Source: Selaginella moellendorffii (taxonomy: Eukaryota; Plantae; Lycopodiophyta). Taken from it: a stretch of DNA of 64,000 nucleotides. Positions within the stretch are counted from its first letter, which is position 1, and every line of letters begins with the position of its first letter. The stretch lies in the NCBI RefSeq assembly GCF_000143415.4, contig NW_003314378.1, positions 1 through 64,000 on the forward strand, written 5' to 3'. The translations under genes and the position numbers were made by a program. The notes beneath the pieces were generated by a model that saw nothing but the letters and a program-made list of their open reading frames with translations, was not told the origin of the DNA and made no database searches. Positions 1-13,300 of this stretch are shown here, one piece after another.

Positions 1-2824
1 GGAGCTGCTCAGTTTGAGTTTGACATCCAACGAGCTTGCCTAGCGTTCAACTCCTTCTGTGTGAAAATATACACAAGTGGTTTGTGATTTGTCAACACCA
101 CGAACACTGCACCATAAAGATAGTGCCACCACGTCCACAAAGCATGAACAATAGAGAGTAACTCTTGCTCATATGTGGAATAGCATTGCTCCGTGGAATT
201 TAAAGTTCGACTCTTATATGCAATAGGCTGTCCCTCTTGCATGAGAACGCCTCCCAGTGCATAACCACTCACATCGCATGTCACCTCGTAAGGTTTCGAT
301 GGATCAGCAATGCGAAGCACTGGAGTCTCGCTCAACAATCGTTTCAAAACCACAAAACTCTCCTCTTGTGGCTTCTTCCACTCGAATGACACATTCTTGC
401 ATAACAACCGCGTCAAAGGAATAGCCACCTTCGCAAACTTATGCTGGAAACGTCGGTAGTAACTAGCCATACCAAGAAAACTGTGCAACTCGGCCACCGT
501 AATTAGTGTAGGCTAGTTTTCCATCACAGCCGCCTTCCTTGGATCCGTCTTGACACCCTTATATGTCACAATATGGTTGAGATATTCCACCTCCGACTTT
601 ACAAATTCACATTTGCTCTTCTTCGCATAAAGTTTGCTGTCTCGAAGTAACAAAAGAACCTTGCGCAAATGCACCCTATGCTCCTCCATATTTTTGCTAA
701 AAACAAGAATATCGTCCAAGAAAATCTTCACAAACTCATGAAGATAACACCCAAATACCTCCGTCATCAACCGAGTAAATGTGGCAGGTGCATTTCTCAA
801 ACCAAACGGCATAACTGTAAACTCAAAATGTCCGAAGCTTGTGTTGAATGCCGTCTTTGAGATAGATGCATCATCCATTGCAATCTGATGATATCCACTC
901 CTTAGATCAATCTTGGTAAACACTCGTGCTTTACCAAGCTTGTCCAGGATATCATCCACACGTGGCATTGGCATCTTATCCTTCACTGTCTTCTTGTTTA
1001 AAGCACGGTAGTCAATATACATCCGCATTGAACCATCCTTCTTCTTCACAAGCAAGACTGGAGCACCAAACTGAGACTTACTTGGCTGAATAAATCCAAA
1101 CTCAAGTAACTCCTTGACTTGTTGTTGAACTTCTTGCTCCTCTGCATAACTTAACCGAAATGGACGTTGGTAAATTGGCCGCGTCCCCGGCTCCAATGTA
1201 ATCCCATGCTCCACACCTCGTAACGGAGGCAATCCATGAGGAAGTTCAGATGGAAAAACATCAAAAAACTCGTCCAGTACATCCCGTACTGCTGCTTCTC
1301 CCCCACACGTGCCTTAGTCCCCCAAGTCACAAACAAACAGCAAGTAACTCGAAAGTGCTTTTCCATTACGACAAGCCCGCTTCAAAGATGTAGCAGAGAG
1401 TATAACAACTGGTGGTTGAACGCCCTCGCCAAACCACACATCTTTAACGCCACCATACTCTAGCGAGATATGCTTAATACTCCACTTTATCTCTGGATCC
1501 ACCTTCACCAACCATGGCATCCCGAGAATGAGATCCACACGATGGATATCTGCGAGATAAAAAGTCTCCACAAGTGTGGTTTTGCCAACCAACACTTCCA
1601 GCCCCTCGATACAAGCATCGAAATGCTGAGTAGAGGTAGTTGCACCTTCCATTGTGTATGGAAGAACTCCACGTGTGACCAGGCCATGCTCAGCAAGAAA
1701 CTTTGCCGAAACAAAGTTGTCATCGCTCCCACTATCCAGTAAAATCCGCACTGGATCGCCACGGAACACGCCCTCCAGCATTAAAGCTGATTCACGCGTA
1801 TCCTCGAGCTCCATCTTGTTCCACACACAGTTGAGCTTACGAGCAATGATCGAAATTCGCTTCCTCCGACCGGAATGGTCGTTCTCCTCATCCTCACGCT
1901 GCAAAGTTTGCAACTTTTTAGTATCTGATTTACCGTGAGAAGAAGATTGGCCATTCTTCTTGTCCTGCTGCTTGTTCTTCAACTGCGGACAATCAGCCTT
2001 GTAGTGTCCAAGTTTGCCGCAATGATGACAACCCTGTCTATAATTCTTCACAAAGAACTTCTATATGAACATTCTCCATGTCGTAATGAGGGGCAAAACG
2101 CAAACGGAAAGCAGCCTCAAACTCATCCATGGTAGACACTGGTGGTTTTTTATCCGCAACACGGGACTCCTCAAGCCAATTCCATCATCGAAGACCCACA
2201 TCACGCAAAACCATTGGAATAGCCACTAAAGCCTTTGCATCTGGAGTTCCTCTAGCAGCCAAGAACTTCTTCACCATGGCTAGCCAAGCGAGACACTCGT
2301 CCACACCACCATCACCGGAAAAAGTTGGAATCTTGAGTCGATCTACCAAAGAAGGCTTACTTGGAGTGCTACCCCGTCTAGCCTCGAGTGCCTCAACATG
2401 CCCACGCATGGTATCCATCATGCCATACATCTCATCTTGCATCTCTTGCTGATTTTGATTAAGGGCTCGCAGCTCATGAACCACATATTGAATGGTCCAA
2501 ATCTCCACAGCTTCGTCAGCACCATCGTCGGCACCACCATCGACAATAGGATTCCAGCATTCAGCTTGGTCGGCCATCGCAACCAACTCCTTTGATACCA
2601 ATGTTATGATCTGGGGCAAAATGACAGAGATCTAGTCGCCCTAGACTATGCTACGCCACCTCTTGAGGTTCCTCACCACCCAACCACCCCCGAGCTACCT
2701 CAAAAGCTCCACTGCACTGCCACTCCACTATGAGCCCTAGGGTAGGTTAAGTCCCATACCCTAACATGCCTTAATATACCCTTGAGCCTCCCTTTGACTG
2801 ATGTTTACCACGTGGTGCCTAACA
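1..2824 (-). mobile_element. Ty3/Gypsy LTR retrotransposon family G, copy 1 (runs off the left edge; degenerate gag-PR-RT-RH)
   Basis: 5' LTR 2602-2824 (TGTTA...TAACA), PBS TGGTATCAAAG. Gag ATG at 2577, CCHC knuckle CHHCGKLGHYKADC, protease LLDSGS, RT FLDDILVFS, RNase H CDVSGYALGGVL. Stops plus a ~360-bp gag deletion near 2060. Confidence 0.95.
2602..2824 (-). repeat. 5' LTR of G copy 1
   Basis: Homologous to LTRs at 37965, 42639, 45819, 50133, 51149 and 52052; lacks 10 bp relative to them; followed by a tRNA-Met-type PBS. Confidence 0.95.
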
Positions 2825-5708
2825 AAGAGTGAGAGAGAGAGAAAGAATATTCTGGTCCTTAGAATATTCCCCATCTTCCTTGTATAAAACCCTTGCCTCA
2901 CAAGGGTAGGGGGAGGCATTTGTGAAGAGCATTGAAACATTTCTCATGTTTGAGTGAGTGTTGGGGGAGGCGCCCCATCCTTCCCCCAACAAATAGTGAA
3001 CCCGGTGTGATGCGCAGCACTTTCTGAGGTGTCATTTTTCTCTTTTTCTTTTGGCCGAACAATTTAGGAACTAATTTCTCGTTCGTCTTGCGGTGGTTTT
3101 GTTGGATCTTAGGCTTGTTGGATAGGTATGGAGCTCCTCTTTCCATCAAGGTATGGCGCTCATCAAGCCGTGCAGTATTTGAAGAGATACAACATTTCTT
3201 GGCTCGGTCGGATGAACATTTTGGGGTTTTCACTTTCTCGCCTGGATCCTCGGCCCAATTTCTCAAGGTAGTGCATTTGGGCTTGTAGATCTGGCCTAGA
3301 TCTACAAGTAGTGGTGACTCTTGGCGCTAGATTTGGGAAAATTGACGGCATGCAAAACAATTTTCTTCTTCAGCTAGACTAGGTCATCTTTGTAGCAGGA
3401 ATTCGTGCTTCTTCAGGCTTTGTTTTGGATGCCATTTGTTTCCATAGGTGCTCTTGGTCTTGAGCTTTCCAAAAATACCAATGGCACCTTAGTATCAATC
3501 TACATCAGTGGCATGCACATGTTTTTCCACAATATTGGCATTTTGGGCTACCTCTTCTTGGATTTTGGGGAATATTGAGGTGGCTTCCTCCTAAATTCCT
3601 GCGATAGAGGATAGACAGGGTTGAGCTCTTTCCAACGAGCCCACCAACAATGAAAATGGGGAAGGATCAAGACCAGAGGACTCATTTTTCTCTTTTGGGA
3701 TAAACTTTGTTGGGGGGTTCCTTGGGAACGAAGCAATCTTCAAGGAATAGGTTGGCATAGGAACAAGAATAGGAACAGGAGTTGGAGTAAGAGCAGGTGC
3801 AGGGATAGGAGCAGGCGTAGGAGTAGGAGTGAGAGCGGGGGTTATTGGTTACATGTTATAGGTCCCCGGTTATTAGTTTACTGGTCCCAGTTACTCCAGT
3901 GGCTATTCCAGTGGCTACTCCAGCAGTTACCCTACGGGTCAATGGTTACGTGTGCTTGAGGCTTACATCTCCTTCCATTTCGACTTTTATTTCTTTTTGT
4001 CACAAGCATTTTGGGCAACTTTGAGCAACTTGAGCACTAGTCTATAGTCTTCTTGCTCTTGTCAACCCAGTTGCCTTGACCAGGCATTTGCAGTGTTCAG
4101 GGTGTTTGATGCCAGTACAAATCAGGCGTGCGACAAATTGGCACCCTCTCACCATACCTCAAGGCCCTAAGGTACGGAGTAAACTTTCTAACATCTAAAG
4201 GCAGCTTAGGTATGACACAACACCTTCTTAGGCCGAGTCCTCTTCATCCTCGGCAGATTCTAGTGACTTAGATCTATGAGCTATGGTGCAGCCACCTTTA
4301 GCTCGACCTTAGCTCCATGTTCTGAAGAGGGGGAGTGATCTGCCGACCTTCTTAGGTGTTGGAATAGTCTCTCTAGCATTGCATATCAGTCACTTTGATT
4401 ACTATTGCACCACAAACATGATCGTCGATGATGATCGTATGTGCTGTGACTTCTTACAGTCTTTTGAAGGCAAAGCAGCAACTTGGGTAGATTCTCTCTT
4501 CCCAAAGGACCAGACAGACTTCTAGACACTACTCGCTTCTTTCAGAGAACGCTTTGTTGAAGAAAAACCCACAAATCGGCTACTTATCGACCTCTTTTTG
4601 TTCCGGTAGGGTGCTCATGAGTCTGTTCCTGACTACATCACCCAGTTTCAAGCATACTGGAAGCAATGTTGGGATCACAGAGTGGTCCAAGATGAGCAAT
4701 AGGGGACCACGGCATTCACAGCGGGTCTGCGTGGGAACTTGCAGCGGAAAGTTCTTAAGAAGACATTCAGGTTTTGCTGCGAGGCATTTTCATTTGCCAC
4801 AAAGCTGAAAAGAGAGCTGCTTGTTGACATAGGGATTGCTAGAGTTGATTTTGACCAAGCCATCACCCCGTCAGAATCACCTTGTGCAGCTGTTTTCCCA
4901 TCCACAACAAAGCCTGTTGCTATTGAGTGAACACCTCCGGCTATTGAGAACTTTGCCAATGAGATGCGGCAGCTGAAGGAGATCATTCTCCAGCAATAAT
5001 CACACTAGGACAAATTGCTCCAGGAGCTGGTGGAGTAGAAAAGAGGCCACTACAGCTTGGGAATGCAGATTTAAGTCCCGTTTGTGCACTCACTACGAGA
5101 TGAACACACACAACACGCAGTGCTGCTTCAAGCTTCACCCAAAGCTTCGGCCTCCACCTTCTCAATGTGTCCAACAACATCCCTTTGCTAATAATTCCAC
5201 ATCGTCTCGGGGTCCAGAGGCATATCAGGAGCAGTTGGAGCAACAAGCAATTGAGGCAGCCCCTTCGTCAAGCAAAGGCAAGGCACCCATTTCATCAGTC
5301 AACATGATTTTGGTAGCCAAGGAACTCTATAGGCAACAGCAGCAAACAGCAGCCACTCGAGCCCAAGCGAAGAAGAAGGCAGCCACTCAGCCTGCCATAG
5401 ATACCCCGCATCAGTTGAGAGTGAATCTCTATTGACACCAGATCCAGTGACACCGAAGATGGCTTGTAAACTCCCCTTCAAGTCACTACTCTCTTCTCCT
5501 CTTGAGATCTCACCAATAGCTACTCCTGTTCTGGAGCCAGTTCTTCAACAGTTGGTTGACACTCCCGTCACCTTTTTGCTCCGAGACATGTTGTGTCTTG
5601 TCCTGGGATTCGGCTAGCATTTAGAGGAGTTTGCATGGTTAGGAACACCAGAGGGCACTATCATGAGGACTCCTCAAGAGGTGCACATTTTCGACATGAC
5701 AAGATATG

Positions 5709-6852
5709 TGTAAGGAACCAACTCCCCGAAGTGTCATAGGCTAAAGAATCCCCGAAAGCACGACCAAAATGATAAAGAGTTCATCAAATGGGACCAAGTC
5801 TGAGATCGAGTCCAAGATTGAATCTAAGACCAAGTTCAAGACAGAGTCCGGGATCGATTCCGAGGTCGACTCTGAGACCAAGTTCGAGACTGAGTTCGAG
5901 ACTGAGTCCGAGATCCGAGATCCGAGATCAGGTCCAAGACTGAGTCCGAGGTCGAGTCTGAGGTCGAGTCCAAGATTGGGTTCAAGGTTGAGTCCGAGAC
6001 TGAGTCCAAGGTCGGGTCCGAGATCAAGTCCGAGATCGAGTCTAAAACCGAGTCCGAGTACTAACTAATATAGGTCAATGGGTGAAAGCCTAAAGCATGC
6101 ATCTCCCAGGGGGGGAGGGGGGGGGGGGTTCCAAAAGTATAGTAGGGATAATAAGGTCTAGGAACTAGTCTTGAAGGAACTCTCCAGTGGTGCTTCCAAA
6201 CTAACTTGAGGTTGAGATTGGGGCCGAGGGGCCTTGGGTGGGAGTGAGCATAGACTTGGGTAGTGCCAGAGGGGCCACCTGAGGAAGTGCTCAAGAGCAA
6301 CTCCCACTTCCGAAAGGGAAACCGACTGTGGTGCTCCTAGCTCTTGTGGAGTGGTGCCCCACTTGAGTACCTTGCAACTCATTAGTCCTTGCCCTTCCTA
6401 GGGGCTTGGGCCTTTCCTTCGAGATGGAAGAGGGGGAGTAGGAGTACCCACACCGGGCCATTAGGCCACGGTGTTTCCCCCCAATGTCCCGAAGCAAGTG
6501 TTGCATCCAAGGCTTGGGATTTAGAGGGTCCCATGAACAAGTCTTGTTGTACCAAGGGATATTAGGAACTTGGAGGCATGGTGTGTTTGGCTATTTGTGC
6601 TTACAAGGAGTGTAGCTGAACCTTAAGTCTAGTCTAACTCAGGGAGAGGGATTGGGAGAGATTGGGAATCCAGTAATGGATGGCTAACACTCCGTTGCTC
6701 GTGCAATGAGTAGCTGAAACCAAGTAGGACTAAGTAGGAGTTGGTACAATAGGCAGGAACTTTGGTGAGGGAACTTAGTTAAGGCCAAGGCGGTGTCGGT
6801 TGGATAAACGAGGTAAGTTGGCAAATTGAAAAGGAAAAATTTGTAGCTTACA
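5709..6852. mobile_element. Solo LTR (1144 bp) inserted between gag and protease of element A
   Basis: Termini TGTAAG...CTTACA, perfect TSD ATATG (5704-5708 and 6853-6857). Removing it restores the frame FDMTRYGGDLSPFFIPMQIG. Confidence 0.92.
5790..6060. repeat. Degenerate 12-bp minisatellite (CCGAGATCGAGT-like) inside the solo LTR
   Basis: Repeated ccgagatcgagt/ccgagactgagt/ccgaggtcgagt units; copy at ~55250-55513. Confidence 0.9.
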
Positions 6853-9800
6853 ATATGGTGGAGATCTTAGCCCATTCTTCATCCCAATGCAAATTGGTAT
6901 TTCCTCTTGTAGGATGGATGCTTTGGTTGACTCCAGTTTTGGAAGCAACATTATCTCTCTCGAAGCTGCCCTTTTAGCACAACTACAGATCATTGAGAGC
7001 TCCTCCATCGTACTCAAGAATTTCACCAACCACACCGTTCCTCTAGTAGGCATTTGCTATGGTGTCAAGGTGTTAGTGCAGGGTGTTATTTCTGAGGTAG
7101 ATTTCCTCATGGTTGACTACCAACATCTTAGAACATCCTCTTTGAAGGACTCTATCATCCTTGGCCGCTCATGGCAAGTCACATCTCATTGCACCATTGA
7201 CAGCATGCAAGGCAAGATGGAAATTAGCGATGGAACCCATAGTGCCACCTTTCTCAACAACCATGGCAGAGCTCTTTCTCAACAAACCCAGCAGGCTCAG
7301 ACTAAAGTGGTCTCCACACCACACTTTCCTCCTGAGCTCACAGAGGCTTTTCCCGAGTTGGATGTGGAGTAGACCATCTATATGACGGATGCTTTCTCAT
7401 GCAATGTGATTGACATTGTTGGAGGTGAGTCAAATAGCTTGAGATGTGTCTAGAGGCTCGGCCTTACTCTCAAATATAGAGAGTGAGGCTGAGAGATGTC
7501 TTTATTTGATGGCGGGGCTTATAGAGTACAGGCCTCCATATCCAGCTCTTCAGAGTGTTTCTCAATAGAGGAAGGGCTCCTTGATTCGTTTCTTGCATAG
7601 GACCAACTCTCTCTTATGGAGCTTGATAACACAGTCACTCTAGACCAGGTCCATCTTTCGCAGGACGCAACCGAAGCCAATCCTCCTCAGCAACTATCTG
7701 AGGTGTCACACAGCCAGCATCTTCCTACAAAAATCGCAGTAGCTGACGACTCCAAGTGTATTTTGTCATGCCGTTTGCTGAAGATGGAAGAAGACATCCA
7801 GACACACAACTGGCAGAAAGAATCAAGCCAATCAAACGTGCTGCATGTGAGTTATAGCTCTTTGAGTTCAAAATTTCCTACTGTGGAGCCCCCAGTACTC
7901 CAACCACCAGAACAACAACTCCCTTTCAAAATTTACATCAAGATGGATACAGAGGCTTTTGGAATATGCTTTTGCCAATGTTCACAGCCTGGCAAGCCAC
8001 CGCATGCAACATACTATGCCTCACATTCAAGGAGGCTGAGAAAAAGTACATGGATGCGAAAAAAGAAGCAATGGCTGTTGTTTACACCTTGGAGCGATTT
8101 CGTCACTTTCTTGCAGGAGCCTGTATCCATTTCCATGTCTCTTTTAAGGTTCTAACCTTTCGTTTACAGCGACTAGTTCACAGTCCTCGTACTTTATCTT
8201 GGATTGTGACCATCCAATAGTTCCAGCCAACTTTTCACATGCAGCATCTTCTCCAATGGTTGTAAGTCAAGCATGTGAAGAGCAGTAGTTATTATCCTGA
8301 GTGCAATAGCCAGGCAGAGTCCAGCAACAAGATATTGAAGATAATCATCTCAAAGCTTATGGAAGATCACCTGAGGCATTGGCACAAGCACTTGGTTACA
8401 ACATTGTGGGCCTTTCAGATGTCCTTCAAGACATCCATCTCCGTGACCCCATTCTCCCTTGTCTATGGGACAAATGCCGTGCTTCCAGTGGAGATCCAGG
8501 TGCCATTGCTCTCACTTTCACTTCAATATGCAGCAGCGATGGAGATTAGCGATGAGGACAAGCTTCATGCACGTGACTTGGAGGTTTTTGCCTTGGAAGA
8601 ATAGCAACGATCCATGACTGAACATCTCTTTCAAGGCAAGTAGAAGATCAAGTCCATCATTGATCACCGGCGGTCTGCCAAACCATTCGAGGATGGCGAT
8701 CTTGTTCTACTCAAGGAGTTCACGCCACTTTCGAAGTTCTGCCCTAGCTAGACTGGCCTCTACTTTGTCCAGCGACACATTAGAGGTGGAGCATATGTGC
8801 TAGTTGATGCTGATGGATGTGAGCTCCCACACGCTCATAACCACTCTCATCTCAAACGCTTCATTCAGGGAGGCATTCCTCTTCTCTTCTTTTTCTTTTT
8901 CTTTTTCTTCCTTTCTTTCACTTTACTTTCATGGCTCTTTTTCCTTACTTTCAGGGGGTGTTTCTCCATTGGACCATGGCCCATGCCTTGGATTTTGTGC
9001 TCAAGCTGCATTGCCATTTGTATGGAGGTTCCTCACTTGGCTCGGTCTATGTTCCAAGTTTTTTGGCCCTTACTTTACCATTACTACACCCCACACATTC
9101 CCCTCACTCATTCCATATCATCTACACTCATAGTTCCATCACCAATCACTTTTAGCAGCGTTGCCCGCACTTATCTCTAGATGCCCATCTTGCATATTTC
9201 ATTCTTTTACCATCATTCACATCTCCGCTTGAGGTCACATTTACACCATACCACGGGCACACATACATGCACCAGCAACAAAAGACACCACCTCATTTGG
9301 ACGTGCTGTTTCTGAGATATTCTTACGACCATTTGCCAACAACGCACTAGCTTTTCTAGAGCGACTTTCTTCCAACCGGGTGAGCCTGTTCACTCAAGGC
9401 ACCTAGGTGGATCTTTAGGTGAGGCCACAAAAGCCGAAGCCACTTTCTTTTGCTCCAGCACTCAGTGGACACATGCCACCTCTCTTTACCAACAACCCAG
9501 CGACTATGCCATCCTTTTCAGCTGCTGACTTCTTCAGTCCGACGCATTAGACTGGCCATCTTCTCAGAGTACCACCACCATCTCGGCACTCCACCATATC
9601 ACTCCACCATATTGGTGCTGGAGCAGGTGCAAGAGTAGGAGCGAGAGCAGGTGGTTACCGGTTACAGGTACCTGGCTACTAGTTACTGGTTACCAGTTAC
9701 TAACTACTCTGAAAGGTCAGCGCTTACTCTACAGGCCAACGGTTATCAATGGCCACCTTCTTAGGGTGCCACCACCATCTCGGCGCTCCACCATACCACT

Positions 9801-10476
9801 CCATCTTTCATCATTTCCACACTTACCACCCTTGGGCAACGCATCCCCTCTTCTACCTCTCTTTCTTTCTGGATTTCAGTTAATTGTTAGAGCATACCAA
9901 AAGTCATCAAGAGGCTGCATTTGCATATTACACTTTCCTTAGCCGAAATCCAAGTACGGGTTAAATTCTTTGGGTGCTCACACTCTTTTTCCCCTATTTT
10001 TCTCCTCTTTTCACACTTTTTCTGCACTTTTCTTTAACTTCAGGGTTTAGTTTGACTACAGGGTTTCCCATCGGATTTTCATCCCTCCAAACTTCACACC
10101 TACCTCTTTTCTTTCTTTTTCCACTTTATTTTCTAGAGTTTTTACTATTTCACGCAGCTACCAACACTTGGCATCAGTAGCAGAGGTACACTCTACACTC
10201 TTCAGTGGGTTGTTGTGCATCTGGAGCCAATGCAATCCACCGTGGTCACATGTTAGGGCATGGCCATTGAGAGAGTGAGAGAGAGAGAGGGAATATTCTG
10301 GTCCTCAAAATATTCCCCATCTTCCTTGTATAAAACCTTTACCTCACAAGGGCAAGGGGACGGGGGGGGGGGGGGCGGGGGGGGGGCCATTTCCAAAAAG
10401 CGTTGAAGCATTTCTTGTGTTTGAGAGAGCATTGGGGGGGGGCCCACTCCTTCCCCCAATAGTGAAAGAGGTGACA

Positions 10477-13300
10477 AAGGAGGAGAATCTAACTATCTCT
10501 GCTTATGTGACTGGGCTCAAGCTAGGGATCTAACACAAGGTGGCCAAGAGATGCCATTCTAAGTGCAATGATGTGTATGGAGATTGAGAAGAATTTGATG
10601 CAAGAGCTAGGCATTTCTAGTGTGGCAAAGATGCTAGGGTGGCAGTGTATGCCCTCTCCAAGACACAGCCTACTTTGACACCATCACCAGCACCAGCAGC
10701 AAATTCTTCTATTCCCATTGTCGACTTGGTCACCTTAGAGCTTCAACAATACAAGGCTTTGTTACTACAGCAGCAACAAAACTTCATACTCCAGCAACAG
10801 CAGCAAGAGTGGCTTCTAGAGGAACTCCATGCTTTCAGAATATAGGCTTCTTGCAAGCCACCCCATTATAGCTCACACTGTGATTCCTAGACTCACAATG
10901 ACGATCATTGCTAGAAGCTACATCCAGAGCAGTATCCTAGGAAGCAACAATAAGCTATGATACAGCCATTGGCTAACAACTCAAACCTCCAGGCAAATGG
11001 TTATTAGGTGGTGCTTCCTGCTATTTCTCCTCAACCGTGAAGGAATGTGCCCAATGATTTGCAACAGAGTGCTCCTCATTTTCAAGACACCACAGTCACA
11101 CTGTTGGCACACTTGTTGGAGTAGATTCAGGCACTTCAGCTCCAAGTTTCTCTCAGAAACTTGCTCTAGTGCATTCTAGGCTTGGCTGACCAATTGGACC
11201 AGTTCTCTAGACTTCAACCCATGCTTTTCTCACACCATTGTCGGGACAGTGATTGACAGACTGCTCTTGGACTCTGATTTTGGGAGAAACATAATTTCTT
11301 TGCATTTTATGCATCAATTGGGCCTAGAGATTTCATCCACTACAACAATAGTTCTCAAGACATTCACTGACCACACAGTTTTCCTAGTGGGTATTCGCAG
11401 AGGTGTACACACTTCAGTCCAAGGTGTGGATGCTATGTTTTATTTCTTGGTGGTTGATTATGGGGCTACTGGAGCTTCACACAATGGAGACCATGTCATC
11501 CTTTGCTAGTCTTGGCATGAAGCAGTGGACTGCAAAACATGTTAGCACTTGGGCACTACAACAATTTCAGATGGCAAGACAAGCAACTCTTCTCAATGAG
11601 CATGTATGGGTGCCACAGGGTTAGGGCTGGAGCCAGGCTTGGTGAGCATAGTTGGAGGCACAGAAATATGATGATTTACCTGTGGTTTTCCCAGAGCTTC
11701 TTTATGACAAGAGCTTGTCCGAGTTGGAAGTTTATGATTGCCTAGGGCCAAAGCATTCTTGGAGAGATAAGGACTCCATATCAGAGCCTCCAGGTCCATC
11801 ACACATGCAACTGGATGCTCCTTTGTCACAGATTCCTTCTAATGCACAATTGCTGAAGACTATGGTGGTGGAATGCAACAACATTGATTTCTTTCACACT
11901 AAGTAGACGACATCGGCATGGGACTTCTCCCATATGTATTCATCTATTCAGAATGTATTTGGGACCAGCAAGTCACAAGATATGGCAAAGATTCAGGAGA
12001 CTCCCCAAATGCCCACTGCAAAGGATTTGGAGACAGCAACTGATTCAGGCATGCATTTGCTTCCACAGCCAGTAGAGGAGCTTCAGAGTACTCATGCTAA
12101 GGTTATTTCACCCCTAGAGCAGCCAGAGCATAGGGAAATTGTGGAGGAAAGCATTGTGGAGTTTCTTGTGGACACATCTCCTTTGTTGGACAGTTCTCTG
12201 GACAGTATGACCTCTTTATTTGAGGTTGAGCTTGTATCTGACTTGGTGGAGGAGGATGTTACAGAAACCCAGGCCAAGTGCACACTTTCTCTTCAAGACA
12301 AAGATTTTCTCTTATTGCTGGCATTTGGTGCTACAGCAGAGTTTTAACTAGAGTCTTTCTTTAGCCAACTTTGGAGGTGATGTATCCACCCCACTATGTT
12401 CTCTTGTGAACTAATGAGTGACTTTCAGGTACCTTTCTGGGCTCCATGTACTTTATCATGGATGCTTGACATGAGTTTTATTCCATCCTAAATGGCGAGC
12501 TCTCCTTCTATATTTCTGGCACAAGGCTTTTACAATAACATTTAGGAGACTCCTCCAGTTACTCTACATCCATTACCAAGAAGTTTGTATACTGCATGAG
12601 AGTTTTAAATTTGCAAATCCCGAGATTCTACAAGGTGGCATTTGCAAAATTCCAGCATGTTTTTCCACTTCGACTTGGAGCAGTGACTCTTTTCAGCCAC
12701 ACTCAGCTCTGGGCCATTGCCATCCACACCTGTAGCAGTCAATCAGAGCACCTCATTCTTTAGATAGCTTCACAGCAATGAAAGTGGTGGACACGAGCAT
12801 TCTACGGCTTTTTCACGACTTCAGTGCCTCGTCAGCAGGACTCCTGGACACCAGAGATTCCGCTGGCACTCTTGGACACAGCATAATAGCGGAGGGGGGG
12901 GTATGACTTCCTCAGCTTCGAGCTTTCTACTCGGCTTCTGGTGCAGCTTTCGGAGACAACACCACTTTGTACAACCCCCAGATCTCTATGGGCAATCCAA
13001 GGTGACCCCAGCTTGTCATCAGTGCCTTCCTCTATCATTCATGGCTACTCAGGTGCAACATCATCATGGCTTTTAGGACATCAATATGCATTCCGGACTT
13101 CGACATCCACGACGACTTGGCTCAGCCAACTCCAGCATGGGACACATTAGAGTTTCCAGCCTTCTCAGGCCTCTAGAGACATTGTCATACACCTTCATCA
13201 TGCGAGGCCTTGCTACATCACCACTTCCATTTGTGGCGACTTCTTTTTCATTCTCCTTGCTCTTTTCTTTTCTATAGCTTTTTCTTTTCTTTGTTCTTTC
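10477..13300 (+). mobile_element. Degenerate Ty3/Gypsy element 'B', part downstream of the A insertion, copy 1
   Basis: Gag continuation KEENLTISAYVTGLK, protease LLDSDFGRNIIS (11249), integrase remnant WLLGHQYAFRTSTSTTTWLS (~13060-13130). Right boundary uncertain; may extend to ~14600. Confidence 0.65.

Larger units (their letters stand above)
2825..10470 (+). mobile_element. Degenerate Ty3/Gypsy element 'A' (Tat/Athila-like), copy 1
   Basis: Terminal repeats 2825-3000 and 10251-10470; PBS-like TGGCACCC near 4139; gag remnant ~4330-5700; protease ALVDSSFGSNIIS (6887); RNase H remnant ~7920-8220; integrase SSYYPECNSQAESSNK...LWAFQMSFKTSISVTPFSLVYG (8275-8604). No recognisable RT core; boundaries approximate. 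Confidence 0.75.

Noticed and set aside
5769-6068. ORFs rich in ESE/SPR repeats; CRISPR-like appearance
   Set aside because: Translation of a 12-bp minisatellite in a solo LTR; no unique spacers, eukaryotic context.
8797-9180. Hydrophobic env-like ORF after the integrase (also 58245-58628)
   Set aside because: Arises from a T/C-rich low-complexity tract, open in several frames; no env motifs.
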